Shown here: in pieces, positions 41,799 to 50,952 of the stretch
Layout: the number at the start of each line of letters is the position of its first letter
Numbering within the stretch: position 1 is the first letter of the stretch
DNA from: Nitrosopumilus sp.
GTDB taxonomy: Archaea > Thermoproteota > Nitrososphaeria > Nitrososphaerales > Nitrosopumilaceae
Direction of reading: 5' to 3'
Assembly (NCBI GenBank): GCA_965204345.1
Contig: OZ241981.1
Span: 672,001 to 736,000 of the forward strand
Length of the DNA: 64,000 bases
The notes under the pieces: model-generated
Database searches by the model: none
What the model saw: only the letters and a program-made list of their open reading frames with translations
Told to the model about the DNA's origin: nothing
Translations under genes and position numbers: made by a program

Positions 41799-42149
41799 TT
41801 ATTTCATGTTCTGATCATTCACTATGTGTTTAATCAGTTTGACAATATATGAAACCTGCATTGATTTTCCAATGCCTCCTTTTCTCTTGGGATACGGCTC
41901 TAATCGTCTGTTCTTGTTTACAAGTCGAGTTTCCTTTGAATAACGTTTTACGTTATCCCAGACACCATTAAATTCATAACGTGATATTCCTCGAATCTTT
42001 CCTTCATCTGTCATTATTTTCAACATTAATTCCCCTTTTTTATTAGATTCAAAATATGCCTTGAATCTCCGGTCATATGTTAAAGTCTTGAAATCTTTTG
42101 ATCGTGTTAACTCATCTTGTAATTTATGCCAAAATTCTTGAAAATCCAT
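41799..42149 (-). CDS. Hypothetical protein
   Basis: 116-aa basic ORF. Confidence 0.55.
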   Translation of the reverse strand: MDFQEFWHKLQDELTRSKDFKTLTYDRRFKAYFESNKKGELMLKIMTDEGKIRGISRYEFNGVWDNVKRYSKETRLVNKNRRLEPYPKRKGGIGKSMQVSYIVKLIKHIVNDQNMK

Positions 42150-42192
42150 AATGAATTTGTAATTTTATCTTATTCAAACTTTTCGTGTATTT

Positions 42193-42288
42193 TACACTGT
42201 TCAATCTTAGTATCATTTGCTTGTTTTAAACAGACTGTTCAATTCGAGTGATGGGTGTTAAGTTAGGGTGATGACAGATTCAAAAAAA
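42193..42288. repeat. 96-bp inverted repeat, left arm
   Basis: Reverse complement of 43854-43949 with one mismatch; contains ACTGTTCAAT twice. Confidence 0.9.
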
Positions 42289-42558
42289 TTCACACTTTTC
42301 AAAACTCTGGACATTTGCCCCTAGTATCCAATTCGGGACATGGAATCTAGCATAATTTAGAACGTTGACTTACATTCGAGGGCTGGTGTGTTAGTTAGAG
42401 AACTACATAAATTCCAGTATGTTCTCTCTAATTGTATGAATAATGCAACACAAAGAGGTCTGAAGTTAGTAGGAGGCCACAAACGAGAAGACGGTTCAGT
42501 ACAAGATATTATTGCACCAAATCACGACAGAACCTTTCGATGATCACTTAAAATAAAA

Positions 42559-43257
42559 TCACGAGATCAATTTCAACCAACAACTATCCTTGCCGTTTGA
42601 TAGCCAGCTAAACTCATGCAGTCTTAGAATATCATTAATCTCACGCCAGATGTGTTTATCGATCCAGCGTTTTGGTGTTATTTTTATGGAATCACCCTCA
42701 TTGACTATGGATACCTTCTTGATTCTCTTTCCCAGATTGTTTACAAAGTTCACTTTGATTCCAGCCTGTTTTATCAAATCCAGATATTTGTCTTGACCTA
42801 AATTCAAGTCAATATTTGCAGCTTGAGCAGGTGTCCTGCCATCTAATCCCTGATGGGGCTTTACAAAGTTATGATTGATTTTGAGCAGATCTGCAAAGTT
42901 TTGTACTGATTCGTCATTGCCCAGCCCACGTCTAGCCTTGAGTCTTTCTCTTATCTCATTATGATAACGCTCAATGGGTCGATTCACAAAACCATCCTTA
43001 ATTGATCTAGTTTTGATATGGGCTACTCTGTCTTGAAATTCTTTTCTTATTGCCTCTTGATATGAGTTTAAAGAGTCAGTTAACACATAGTTTGGGTTCT
43101 TGGCAACTACCTTCTTGCCGCTTGCAATAATCTTTCTTGCATCTGCAATCTCTCTTTTCTTTGAGACCACAGTAGCTATCAGAAATCGAGTCTTTGAATC
43201 AATTATGCTCCAAAGCCAATCATGGAACCCCTTTATAACATCGATCTCTAGCGACAT
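42559..43257 (-). mobile_element. IS6-family-like DDE transposase, 5'-truncated
   Basis: WLWSIIDSKTRFLIA, VLTDSLNSY, NRPIERYHNEIRER, HNFVKPHQGLDGRTPAQAA; the N-terminal DNA-binding part is missing. Confidence 0.8.
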
Positions 43258-43328
43258 TGTAATTTTGAGTTTTATAAGGCAAAGTATGACTCTACGTAAT
43301 TAAAATAAGGCTAAGGTAAAGCATACCT

Positions 43329-43541
43329 ATGCTTAATGCAATTTTAATTGGATTAGGGATTCTTTTTCTCATACTGTCAATAGCTGCATTGGGTGTTGGA
43401 TTAAGTCCTGATGAGGGTACTGGTGCCGCCGGGTCATTGGGTTATCTTATTGGAAGTTTGATTATTGCAGCTCCATTTTTCATACTTGGTTGTGTTCTTT
43501 TATCGGTAGGACTTCTAAGAAGGCCAAAATCAAAAGAATAG
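43329..43541 (+). CDS. Small two-TM membrane protein
   Basis: Two hydrophobic helices and a basic tail. Confidence 0.6.
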   Translation: MLNAILIGLGILFLILSIAALGVGLSPDEGTGAAGSLGYLIGSLIIAAPFFILGCVLLSVGLLRRPKSKE

Positions 43542-43575
43542 CATTTCTAATAGCGTGTTTCTTTTCTGTCTGAAT

Positions 43576-43653
43576 CTTTGTAAACTATTGCATTAGAATC
43601 AGAATCAAACTTTGTAAACTATTGCATTAGAATCAGAACCAAACTTTGTAAAC
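43576..43653 (+). repeat. 34-bp tandem duplication at the junction with the second transposase fragment
   Basis: CTTTGTAAACTATTGCATTAGAATCAGAA(T/C)CAAA starts at 43576 and 43610; CTTTGTAAAC again at 43644. Confidence 0.85.
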
Positions 43654-43836
43654 AATCTGGGAAAGAGAATCAAGAAGGTATCCATAGTCAATGAGGGTGA
43701 TTCCATAAAAATAACGCCAAAACGCTGGATCGATAAACACATCTGGCGTGAGATTAATGATATTCTAAGACTGCATGAGTTTAGCTGGTTATCAAACGGC
43801 AAAGACAGCTGCTGGCTCAAGATGATTAACGTTTAA
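43642..43836 (+). pseudogene. Inverted second copy of the transposase 3' end
   Basis: NFVNNLGKRIKKVSIVNEGDSIKITPKRWIDKHIWREINDILRLHEFSWLSNGKDSCWLK, identical to the end of 42559..43257. Confidence 0.85.
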
Positions 43837-43853
43837 TTTTTTTTTTTTTTTTT

Positions 43854-43949
43854 TTTTTTTGAATCTGTCATCACCCTAACTTAACACCCATCACTCGAAT
43901 TGAACAGTCTGTTTAAAACAGGCAAATGATACTAAGATTGAACAGTGTA
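43854..43949. repeat. 96-bp inverted repeat, right arm, overlapping a T24 run (43837-43860)
   Basis: See 42193-42288. Confidence 0.9.
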
Positions 43950-43951
43950 GT

Positions 43952-44878
43952 TTGGTAGTTGGATTTTTAAATACCTCATTTTGTAATCATTTATTGAATA
44001 AACTGGTAATTCTGCTATTATCCGTTATTGTTGTTCTTGGGGTTGATTCTGCACTAAAGGAAGTTAGTGCTAATGATTCAATCCTTCCTGAATGGCTTAA
44101 GAACGTGGCATTATACTGGGGTCAAGGTCAGATTACTGATCAGGAATATATCAATGGGATTCAATGGATGGTTGATAATGGAATTTTGAAATTAAATTCA
44201 GATTCGGGGAATATTATAACTAATGATAGTTTGAATACAGATTCAAGAAATACCTCAGATAATGATAGTTATAGTGTAAAATCTAGTTCTATTAAAACTG
44301 AGAAAAAAGATAACTTGAATCCTGAACTGAGATTAGCTTATGATAGTTGGTCTCCTGAAATTAAAGCCTATTTTGATGTATGGTATCTTAAATTTACTGG
44401 TTTTTGGGGTACTTATGAAGATTGGGTACATTTTGATAAATGGTTTCCTGAATTTATAGAGGATTATGAGAGTTGGTCTCCTGAGGCTCAAAAAGCATTT
44501 GAGAGACTACATGAATATGACAGAAAAGAGATTATATTAAATCCTGAACTTAGAGCAGGTTTTGCTAATTGGTCTCCTGAATTTATGAAGGAATTAAAAG
44601 CTCAATTCGCATTTACTACTAAAATTGAGAGTTGTGTTCCTACTGGGGATGGATTAGTTAAGGTTGGTTATTATGTATACAACGCTAATCGAGATTCGTA
44701 TAATTTAGATTATGATATTTTAGGAGTAGATAGTAACGGTAATACCGTAACATTCGGTTTTTTATCTATTGATAATATTGGTCGGAATGATGAAATTTAT
44801 GAAATTATAATGATTGATGATCATCCTATGTTTGATAGTTGTCAAATTGAATTAGTTAGTTTTGAAAAAATTGATTAA
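43952..44878 (+). CDS. Secreted protein with thaumarchaeal PxWxK domain and WSPE repeats, paralog 1
   Basis: Signal anchor; LPEWLKNVALYWGQGQITDQEYINGIQWMVDNGIL; three (S/N)WSPE repeats. Confidence 0.75.
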   Translation: MVVGFLNTSFCNHLLNKLVILLLSVIVVLGVDSALKEVSANDSILPEWLKNVALYWGQGQITDQEYINGIQWMVDNGILKLNSDSGNIITNDSLNTDSRNTSDNDSYSVKSSSIKTEKKDNLNPELRLAYDSWSPEIKAYFDVWYLKFTGFWGTYEDWVHFDKWFPEFIEDYESWSPEAQKAFERLHEYDRKEIILNPELRAGFANWSPEFMKELKAQFAFTTKIESCVPTGDGLVKVGYYVYNANRDSYNLDYDILGVDSNGNTVTFGFLSIDNIGRNDEIYEIIMIDDHPMFDSCQIELVSFEKID

Positions 44879-44926
44879 GATTCAAAGTGATTTAGACGTT
44901 TTTTAGTGTAAAATCCTAGTTATTGG

Positions 44927-45946
44927 ATGGCTGGTTTTATTAATACCTCATTTTGTAAATCATTATTGAATAAAGTATTGTTTTTGGTATTATTTGCTAT
45001 TATGATGATAGGTGTTGAGCCTGCACTAAAGGAAGTTAGTGCTACTGAACAAGATTTACCAGCATGGTTAAAGCATATTGCTCAATTATGGGCTAATGAT
45101 GGAGTTACTAATAGTGAGTATATCGAGACTATTCAATGGCTTGTTGATAATAGGCATGTAATTGTTAACAATACTAACACCGATTCAGGTCAAGTAAACC
45201 CTGGAACGGATGGCAATACTAACACCGATTCAGGTCAAGTAAACCCTGGAACGGATGGCAATACTAACACCGATTCAGGTCAAGTAAACCCTGGAACGGA
45301 TGGCAATACTAACACCGATTCAGGATCAGGTATTACTAATGTTAATGTAGTTCCACAATACAAGCGTGTTAACTGGTCTCCAGAACTTGTATTAGCTTAT
45401 GAGAGTTGGAATCCTCTAATTAAAGTCGATTTTATTGAGTTTTATCCTAATATTGATATTGTTTTTGAAAATGAATTTGAAGTTCATCTCTTAGATTTTG
45501 ATAGTTGGTATCCTTCATTTAAAGAAGATTATGATAGTTGGTCTCCTGAGGCTCAAAAATCATTTGATGAAATAAGTCCATTTAATGAGGCTAAAAGAGA
45601 TCTTTATCTGAATCCTGAGTTAAGAACAGGTTTTACCAATTGGTCTCCTGAATTTTTTGAGGTATTTTTAATTCCTTATTATTTCAATATAGATATACGA
45701 GATTGTAGTGTTCTTTTAGATGATACTGTTAGAGTTGAGTATCGTGTAATTAATGATAATGATGATAACTATAATTTGGATTTTGATGTTTTAGGTGTTG
45801 ATACTGATGGTAATACTGTAACCGTTGGATTTTCGTCTGTTAAAGTTCTTAGAGATAGTCGTGTGTCAGAAGTTGTTATAATTGATGATCACCCTAATTT
45901 TGATAAGTGTGAGTTAGAACTGGTTCATTTTGAAAAATTTGGTTAA
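44927..45946 (+). CDS. Secreted protein, paralog 2, with 45-bp internal tandem repeats
   Basis: Colinear with 43952..44878; NTNTDSGQVNPGTDG x3 plus a partial copy (~45169-45324). Confidence 0.78.
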   Translation: MAGFINTSFCKSLLNKVLFLVLFAIMMIGVEPALKEVSATEQDLPAWLKHIAQLWANDGVTNSEYIETIQWLVDNRHVIVNNTNTDSGQVNPGTDGNTNTDSGQVNPGTDGNTNTDSGQVNPGTDGNTNTDSGSGITNVNVVPQYKRVNWSPELVLAYESWNPLIKVDFIEFYPNIDIVFENEFEVHLLDFDSWYPSFKEDYDSWSPEAQKSFDEISPFNEAKRDLYLNPELRTGFTNWSPEFFEVFLIPYYFNIDIRDCSVLLDDTVRVEYRVINDNDDNYNLDFDVLGVDTDGNTVTVGFSSVKVLRDSRVSEVVIIDDHPNFDKCELELVHFEKFG

Positions 45947-46059
45947 TATCCAAAAGTGATTTAGAAGTTTATGATCATAAATCTAGGATTTAGGACTTCA
46001 TGCAATATAGGAAGTTGGGGCTAATAGCTAGGTTATGGCAATGCAACTAGGGGGATAAA

Positions 46060-46204
46060 TCTTACTTCCTGGTGTTAATCCTAAGTCTTACTTCCTAGTC
46101 TTGCTGCTGCTGCTGCTGCTGCTGCTGGTCGTGTCTTACTTCCTGGTGTTAATCCCAAGTCTTACTTCCTGGTGTTAATCCTAAGTCTTACTTCCTGGCG
46201 TTAG
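46060..46204 (+). repeat. 26-bp iteron-like repeats interrupted by (TGC)8
   Basis: TCTTACTTCCT(G/A)G at 46060, 46086, 46134, 46160 and 46186; full unit TCTTACTTCCTGGTGTTAATCCTAAG. Confidence 0.85.
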
Positions 46205-46263
46205 AATTTGGACCTTTTTTCATAATACCGGATTTTTCTAAAAATAGGTTTTTGACCTTCCAT

Positions 46264-46426
46264 TTTACAAGAAGGCTCAAAAACGGTTTTGAGTGCAAAT
46301 ATCCTAAGTCAAAAATGGTATTTAGTTTTTGATATTTTGAGCCTAATCCAGTTCGGGCCAGAATATACTAAGAATTAGGTTTTGATACTTTCATTTACAA
46401 GAAGGCTCAAAAACGGTTTTGAGTGC
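46264..46426 (+). repeat. 33-bp direct repeat pair with internal hairpin, 130-bp period
   Basis: TTTACAAGAAGGCTCAAAAACGGTTTTGAGTGC at 46264 and 46394; CTCAAAA-ACGG-TTTTGAG stem-loop. Confidence 0.85.
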
Positions 46427-46465
46427 TCATAACTTAACTATGATATTGATTATATCCTATGGTAA

Positions 46466-46564
46466 ATGCCTGAAAAATTAGAGTTTAAGAAGTGTCCTGC
46501 ATGTAAGAAGATCAATGTTAGTGATTTTCCAAGATGTGGATATTGTGGGATTTACGTATTTTAG
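46466..46564 (+). CDS. 32-aa zinc-finger microprotein
   Basis: MPEKLEFKKCPACKKINVSDFPRCGYCGIYVF*: CxxC...CxxC. Confidence 0.55.
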   Translation: MPEKLEFKKCPACKKINVSDFPRCGYCGIYVF

Positions 46565-46690
46565 AGGTTATTAAGATTCCAATTGCATTTTTAATAATTC
46601 TAAGTTTGGCGACATATCCAGCCTATTCCACTGATTAAATCTTTTATTGGTTTGCCATGATTGTTTTCATTCTCAAATTCTTTAATGGTT

Positions 46691-46797
46691 ATCATAAGTA
46701 ATGGTATGGCTTGTTTGAAAAAATAGAAGGGCAAAAAATAACGATATATCGAAATTAGGCAATCATAAGTAATGGTATGGCTTGTTTGAAAAAATAG
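46691..46797. repeat. Perfect 36-bp direct repeat pair with a 35-bp spacer
   Basis: ATCATAAGTAATGGTATGGCTTGTTTGAAAAAATAG at 46691-46726 and 46762-46797. Confidence 0.9.
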
Positions 46798-46918
46798 TCT
46801 CTATTTTGAAATAATTTTTTACAATCTTCTGCAGCTTTCTCTATTGCAGGCTTTTGTATTTCCTCTTTGGATTGGCAAGCTTTACATTTACTGTCTGAAC
46901 AAGTGTCTTTAATTTCTC

Positions 46919-47389
46919 TCATGTGGTCAATAGATTTTTGAATTGAATTTTTTCATCTTTTAATTCTTGATTTTCTTTTGATAATTGATAATTCTGATTT
47001 TCTAAATTGGTGTTTTTTGTTTCCTGATGTTGGGAACCAGAGTTATCAAGATATTCTTTTTTCATTTGATGTAATGCACATTTACAATCTGGCTTGTTAT
47101 TTAGATGATTTATGATCTTATCATTATTTTCTTCACTGACAATATCTAAATTTAATAGATATTCAATTGGAGCTGTTACACCATTTAGAATGTCATTTAC
47201 TGCATTTTGTAAAAGTTCACTAACAGTAGTATGGTTTTCCTCAACAAATTTCTCTAATCTAAATATTAGTCTAGAAGAAGAAAATACAGAACTAAGAGAC
47301 ATGTTAAGTGGGATCAAAAAGCACAGACGTGACCTTGAGCCAACCATTATGGAGCAGTTGTTTTTATATATCTCAGAGAGGATAACCAA
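46919..47389 (-). pseudogene. RHH-like/coiled-coil hypothetical protein; frameshifted, continuing to ~46600
   Basis: RLEKFVEENHTTVSELLQNAVNDIL; coiled coil; a downstream frame gives EIKDTCSDSKCKACQ...YFFKQAIPLLMI. Confidence 0.45.
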
Positions 47390-47583
47390 ATATGAGTCCA
47401 GAACATGAAAAAATCACAGATGAACTCATCAAGAAATACTCTAAAATATTAGATGATCTTGCCACAGACGACTAGTTTGTAAAATCCCACATTTCATTTC
47501 CACACCGAAAGAATTGGCACATAATTTATTACCGCTATTACCCCATATGCAATCAAACCCCCTTGTTCCAAATTTTATAACAA

Positions 47584-48936
47584 TTACAATAAACTAAACC
47601 TATTATCCTCAGTGATTGCATGATTTTTAGATTTGTGTTCTCTGAGTTTTTCTTTGTATTTTTTATTTCTGGGTTTTTGTCTTACTCTATAATTACAACA
47701 GTTGCAAAACCAGCCGCTAGAACCCGGCTTTGCAGAAGAACCATCTTTAAGATGAACATGGTTATGATCAAGCCAAACATCACATCGTTGACACCTTCCC
47801 TGTCCTTGCGCGTATCTTCCTCTGCCTGTAGGCTTTGTAACTTTGAATTTTTTACATAATCCATTACAAATTCTTTTATCTGTTGGCGTATCTTTATGAT
47901 CAGGCTGTCTGCCTTTTTTTGGTTCTCTAAGAACATCATGAACAGTCTGGTTGTTTGGATTCAGACTGTGAACAGTATTTCCAATGTGTGTGTCCTTAAA
48001 ATCATCGTTATGACTTGATTTTATCTTACTGTCTTGCAATGCTAGGCTTTTCTCATTTACCATTATTTTTTCCATGTTGCATGTATTGCACACCAGCTTC
48101 AAGTCCCAAATATCGTCTTGCTCAACATTCTCAAATGGCAGGGCATGCTCCACATGCGTGTTTTTTCCATCAGATAGCTGCTTTTTGCAGTAAAAGCATT
48201 TATTAAAAAATGGATCCAGTAGATGCTTGTATTTTGTAATGATTCCCCTTGCTCTAATCTTATCTTCCGTCCTTGAAAATGTTTTAGGGATCTTGACATT
48301 AACCCTTTGAAGAAATCTTGCCCATTCCAAAATGGTTATTTTCAGATAGATTTTATTGTACTGTCTAAGAAATTTTATGGCTTGCGGATTCAAGTCCAAG
48401 CCATATTCCAAATCAACATATTTGCTGTTGTGATTATTGGTTTTTTTTATCTTGTAATCAAAAAACAGTTTGACCTCTGTAGGACTGTCCACTTTGATTC
48501 GCTGAAACCTCCAGACTACATGGTGAAAGCACGACTTTGTGATTTCATCTACGCATCTCTGAATTCTCGCTGGTTCTTTTTCACATATCTCATCAAATGT
48601 TTGGGCATAGTATTTCTTTACAAACTCTTTTTCTATTATTTTTACAATTAAGGGCTTTTGGTCAGCATTAATGGAATGCTGCATTTCCAGCTTGCATACC
48701 TGATTCCAGTAATATTTCAAAAAATACCTTGCAATGACTGGAAAATCGACATGTGTTTTGTCGTTGTAATGGCTATATTCCAGCAAAAACCGTGCTAGGG
48801 CAAGCTTGTAGGTATTGTTTTTTGCGGTGTTGCCAATTATATTGGATAGTGCAAATTCAAATTCCTCGTCAGTGATAATGTCAAATCCGGATATGTCAGT
48901 CATGATCCTCCAATTCTCCGGCAATAGGCCTATCAT
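47584..48936 (-). CDS. HNH-endonuclease-domain protein with a C-terminal Cys-rich domain
   Basis: NNTYKLALARFLL; CFYC...HVEHALPF...WDLKLVCNTCN; C-terminal CNGLC...RCQRC...CNCC. Confidence 0.8.
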   Translation of the reverse strand: MIGLLPENWRIMTDISGFDIITDEEFEFALSNIIGNTAKNNTYKLALARFLLEYSHYNDKTHVDFPVIARYFLKYYWNQVCKLEMQHSINADQKPLIVKIIEKEFVKKYYAQTFDEICEKEPARIQRCVDEITKSCFHHVVWRFQRIKVDSPTEVKLFFDYKIKKTNNHNSKYVDLEYGLDLNPQAIKFLRQYNKIYLKITILEWARFLQRVNVKIPKTFSRTEDKIRARGIITKYKHLLDPFFNKCFYCKKQLSDGKNTHVEHALPFENVEQDDIWDLKLVCNTCNMEKIMVNEKSLALQDSKIKSSHNDDFKDTHIGNTVHSLNPNNQTVHDVLREPKKGRQPDHKDTPTDKRICNGLCKKFKVTKPTGRGRYAQGQGRCQRCDVWLDHNHVHLKDGSSAKPGSSGWFCNCCNYRVRQKPRNKKYKEKLREHKSKNHAITEDNRFSLL

Positions 48937-49341
48937 CAGTCATATGTTATTGCTTTAATGACATTCAATATAAAATTAAATTATTTCGTGCTAAATTTTG
49001 TTTAACTCACAGTTGTAGATATGCCTTATCGAATCATATTTTGATGGAATCATCAAAGCCAGTTTGTCTGTTTACGATCAGATGCCCAGTAATTTTTTCA
49101 TATGGAATTTGCGTTATTGCAGCATCCGTATATTTTTCTGAAGATGCGGCTCTGGACGTTTTAGACCTTCGCCTTTTGGATAAAAATGAATAACAATTTT
49201 CCATCAGTTTTTTTGATATGATACGGCCATTCACAAATTTATCTCTCATAAAAATTAAAAAAAGCGATTCTAGGTAATCTTCGAACGCTGAAATACAGTT
49301 CTCATGCAAATTGAGATTTTATGCCCATAATACAATTGATT

Positions 49342-49620
49342 CTATACTTCAATTATCAATTCATTATTTTTGATTTGAATTGTAACAAGTTCAAATGGTT
49401 TAAACTGCTTCATAGCTCTTTTCCCTACTGAAATTTTACGCTTTCCTATCTTCCTATTTTTTGAAATATACATTCCTATTTTCACTGTAAAGTTTTCAGG
49501 CAGTTGTGAATAAAAATCCCTTTTTTCATGCTGTCCAACACTTATCATATTCCATGTGATTTCAGCTTGAGTTATTCTGTGTTGTATGCTTTTTAAAATA
49601 AAACACCTCAAGAATTGCAT
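49342..49620 (-). CDS. Small hypothetical protein in the R-M operon
   Basis: Overlaps the end of the nuclease gene on the same strand. Confidence 0.45.
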   Translation of the reverse strand: MQFLRCFILKSIQHRITQAEITWNMISVGQHEKRDFYSQLPENFTVKIGMYISKNRKIGKRKISVGKRAMKQFKPFELVTIQIKNNELIIEV

Positions 49621-50159
49621 AGTATGGGTAATTCGTTAAGATCTTTGTAACTTGCGTTATATTCTGATTTAAGACCTATTTTCAAAGAGAAGAGATCACT
49701 TATTCTCCATTTCTTGAATATGTATGAGTTGGGATTGTTTGGAGATGGTTTTAAGAACAGTTGGATTAACAAGTGATACCCATCAGCACTTATTTTATTG
49801 CCATTGGTATAATAAAAAACTCTTTGAGTAGATTTAAAATTATCATCCTTTGAAGATGTTTTTATCTCAATAAACACTATATCGTTTTGTATTTTTAATC
49901 TTAAATCTGGATAACCTACATGTTGACTGTATGGCAATAATTCAACATCCTTGTGATTTTTGATTATATCTTTGATTTCTTGCTCTAATGCTCTGCCTAA
50001 GTCATTAATACGCTTATCTTCATACCTAGTGTATTTAGACTTACTAAGAATAGTATTAAGACCTTGAGAAAGTATTTCCAAAATAGGATGATTCTTTTTT
50101 ATCTCCACTACAGATTTGCCACATGATGTACTTACCAATTCTGAAAATATCATTGACAC
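49608..50159 (-). CDS. PD-(D/E)xK nuclease, probable type II restriction endonuclease
   Basis: LGRALEQ...GYPDLRL...FIEIKTS; overlaps the MTase stop. Confidence 0.75.
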   Translation of the reverse strand: MSMIFSELVSTSCGKSVVEIKKNHPILEILSQGLNTILSKSKYTRYEDKRINDLGRALEQEIKDIIKNHKDVELLPYSQHVGYPDLRLKIQNDIVFIEIKTSSKDDNFKSTQRVFYYTNGNKISADGYHLLIQLFLKPSPNNPNSYIFKKWRISDLFSLKIGLKSEYNASYKDLNELPILCNS

Positions 50160-50952
50160 AATAAAACCTCATTTTTTAATCTTTGATTTGCAATGCGGAC
50201 ATATTCTTTATCAATTTCTGTTCCAACACAATTCACACCCAATCTTTTACAGGCCAATGCAGTCGAACCAATTCCCATAAATGGGTCATACACAAGCATA
50301 TTTTTTGAGATGCCGTGTAACATGATGCACATTTGGGGCAGTTTTGTTGGAAATTCGCATGGATGTTTTATATTTCCGTTTTTGGTCTCATAAGGAATAA
50401 ACCAAACATTGCCTCTGTCACGTTTTGTATTCCCATGCTTCCATCTTGTCAGGTTTGTCTTGTCTGCATATGGAACACCCACAGAAAGTTTGTCCAGCTT
50501 CACGCTGCCTTTTTTTGTAAAATGAAAGACATACTCATGGCATTGATTCACAAAACGAGGCGTGTTTATAGGTTTGAAATGACCTGCTACAAAGTCAGAT
50601 TCAGGGATCGATATGGACTTTATCCAATGAATGACATTTTGTGTCTCAAAAATTTCGGATAGGGCATGGTGAACGTCAAAAGGTATGTTAGGATTTTTTG
50701 CAGTATAGCCAATATTGAGAAAGAATGAACCGTCAACATCAAGTAAATTGTAGATCCCCCCCCCCATATTTTCACCCATTCTAGGTATTCGTCATAACCT
50801 AGATTGTCAGAATAGCTATTGTATTTTTTTCCTAGATTGTATGGGGGTGAGGTAACAACAACATCAAGTTTTTTACCAGAATAATTTTTCATAAAATTTA
50901 AACAATCATCATGAGTGATTTGCTGTGTGGGTCGTGTCAATTTATCATCCAA
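50150..50952 (-). pseudogene. Beta-class amino DNA methyltransferase split by a G10 tract (C10 at 50756-50765)
   Basis: [13 protein letters not shown] upstream of the tract; [28 protein letters not shown] and DPFMGIGST downstream in another frame. Confidence 0.85.

Noticed and set aside
43837-43860. Poly(A) tail of a retro-element
   Set aside because: No reverse transcriptase is in the window, and the run is an expansion of an A7 present in the other repeat arm; slippage or an assembly artefact is more likely.
46060-46797. Bona fide CRISPR array
   Set aside because: The 26-bp units are mostly adjacent without unique spacers; the 36-bp repeat has only two copies; no cas genes or leader were recognised.
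49034-49309. ORFs 49034..49309 and 54610..54792 as genes
   Set aside because: No motifs or supporting context; they cannot be supported from sequence alone.
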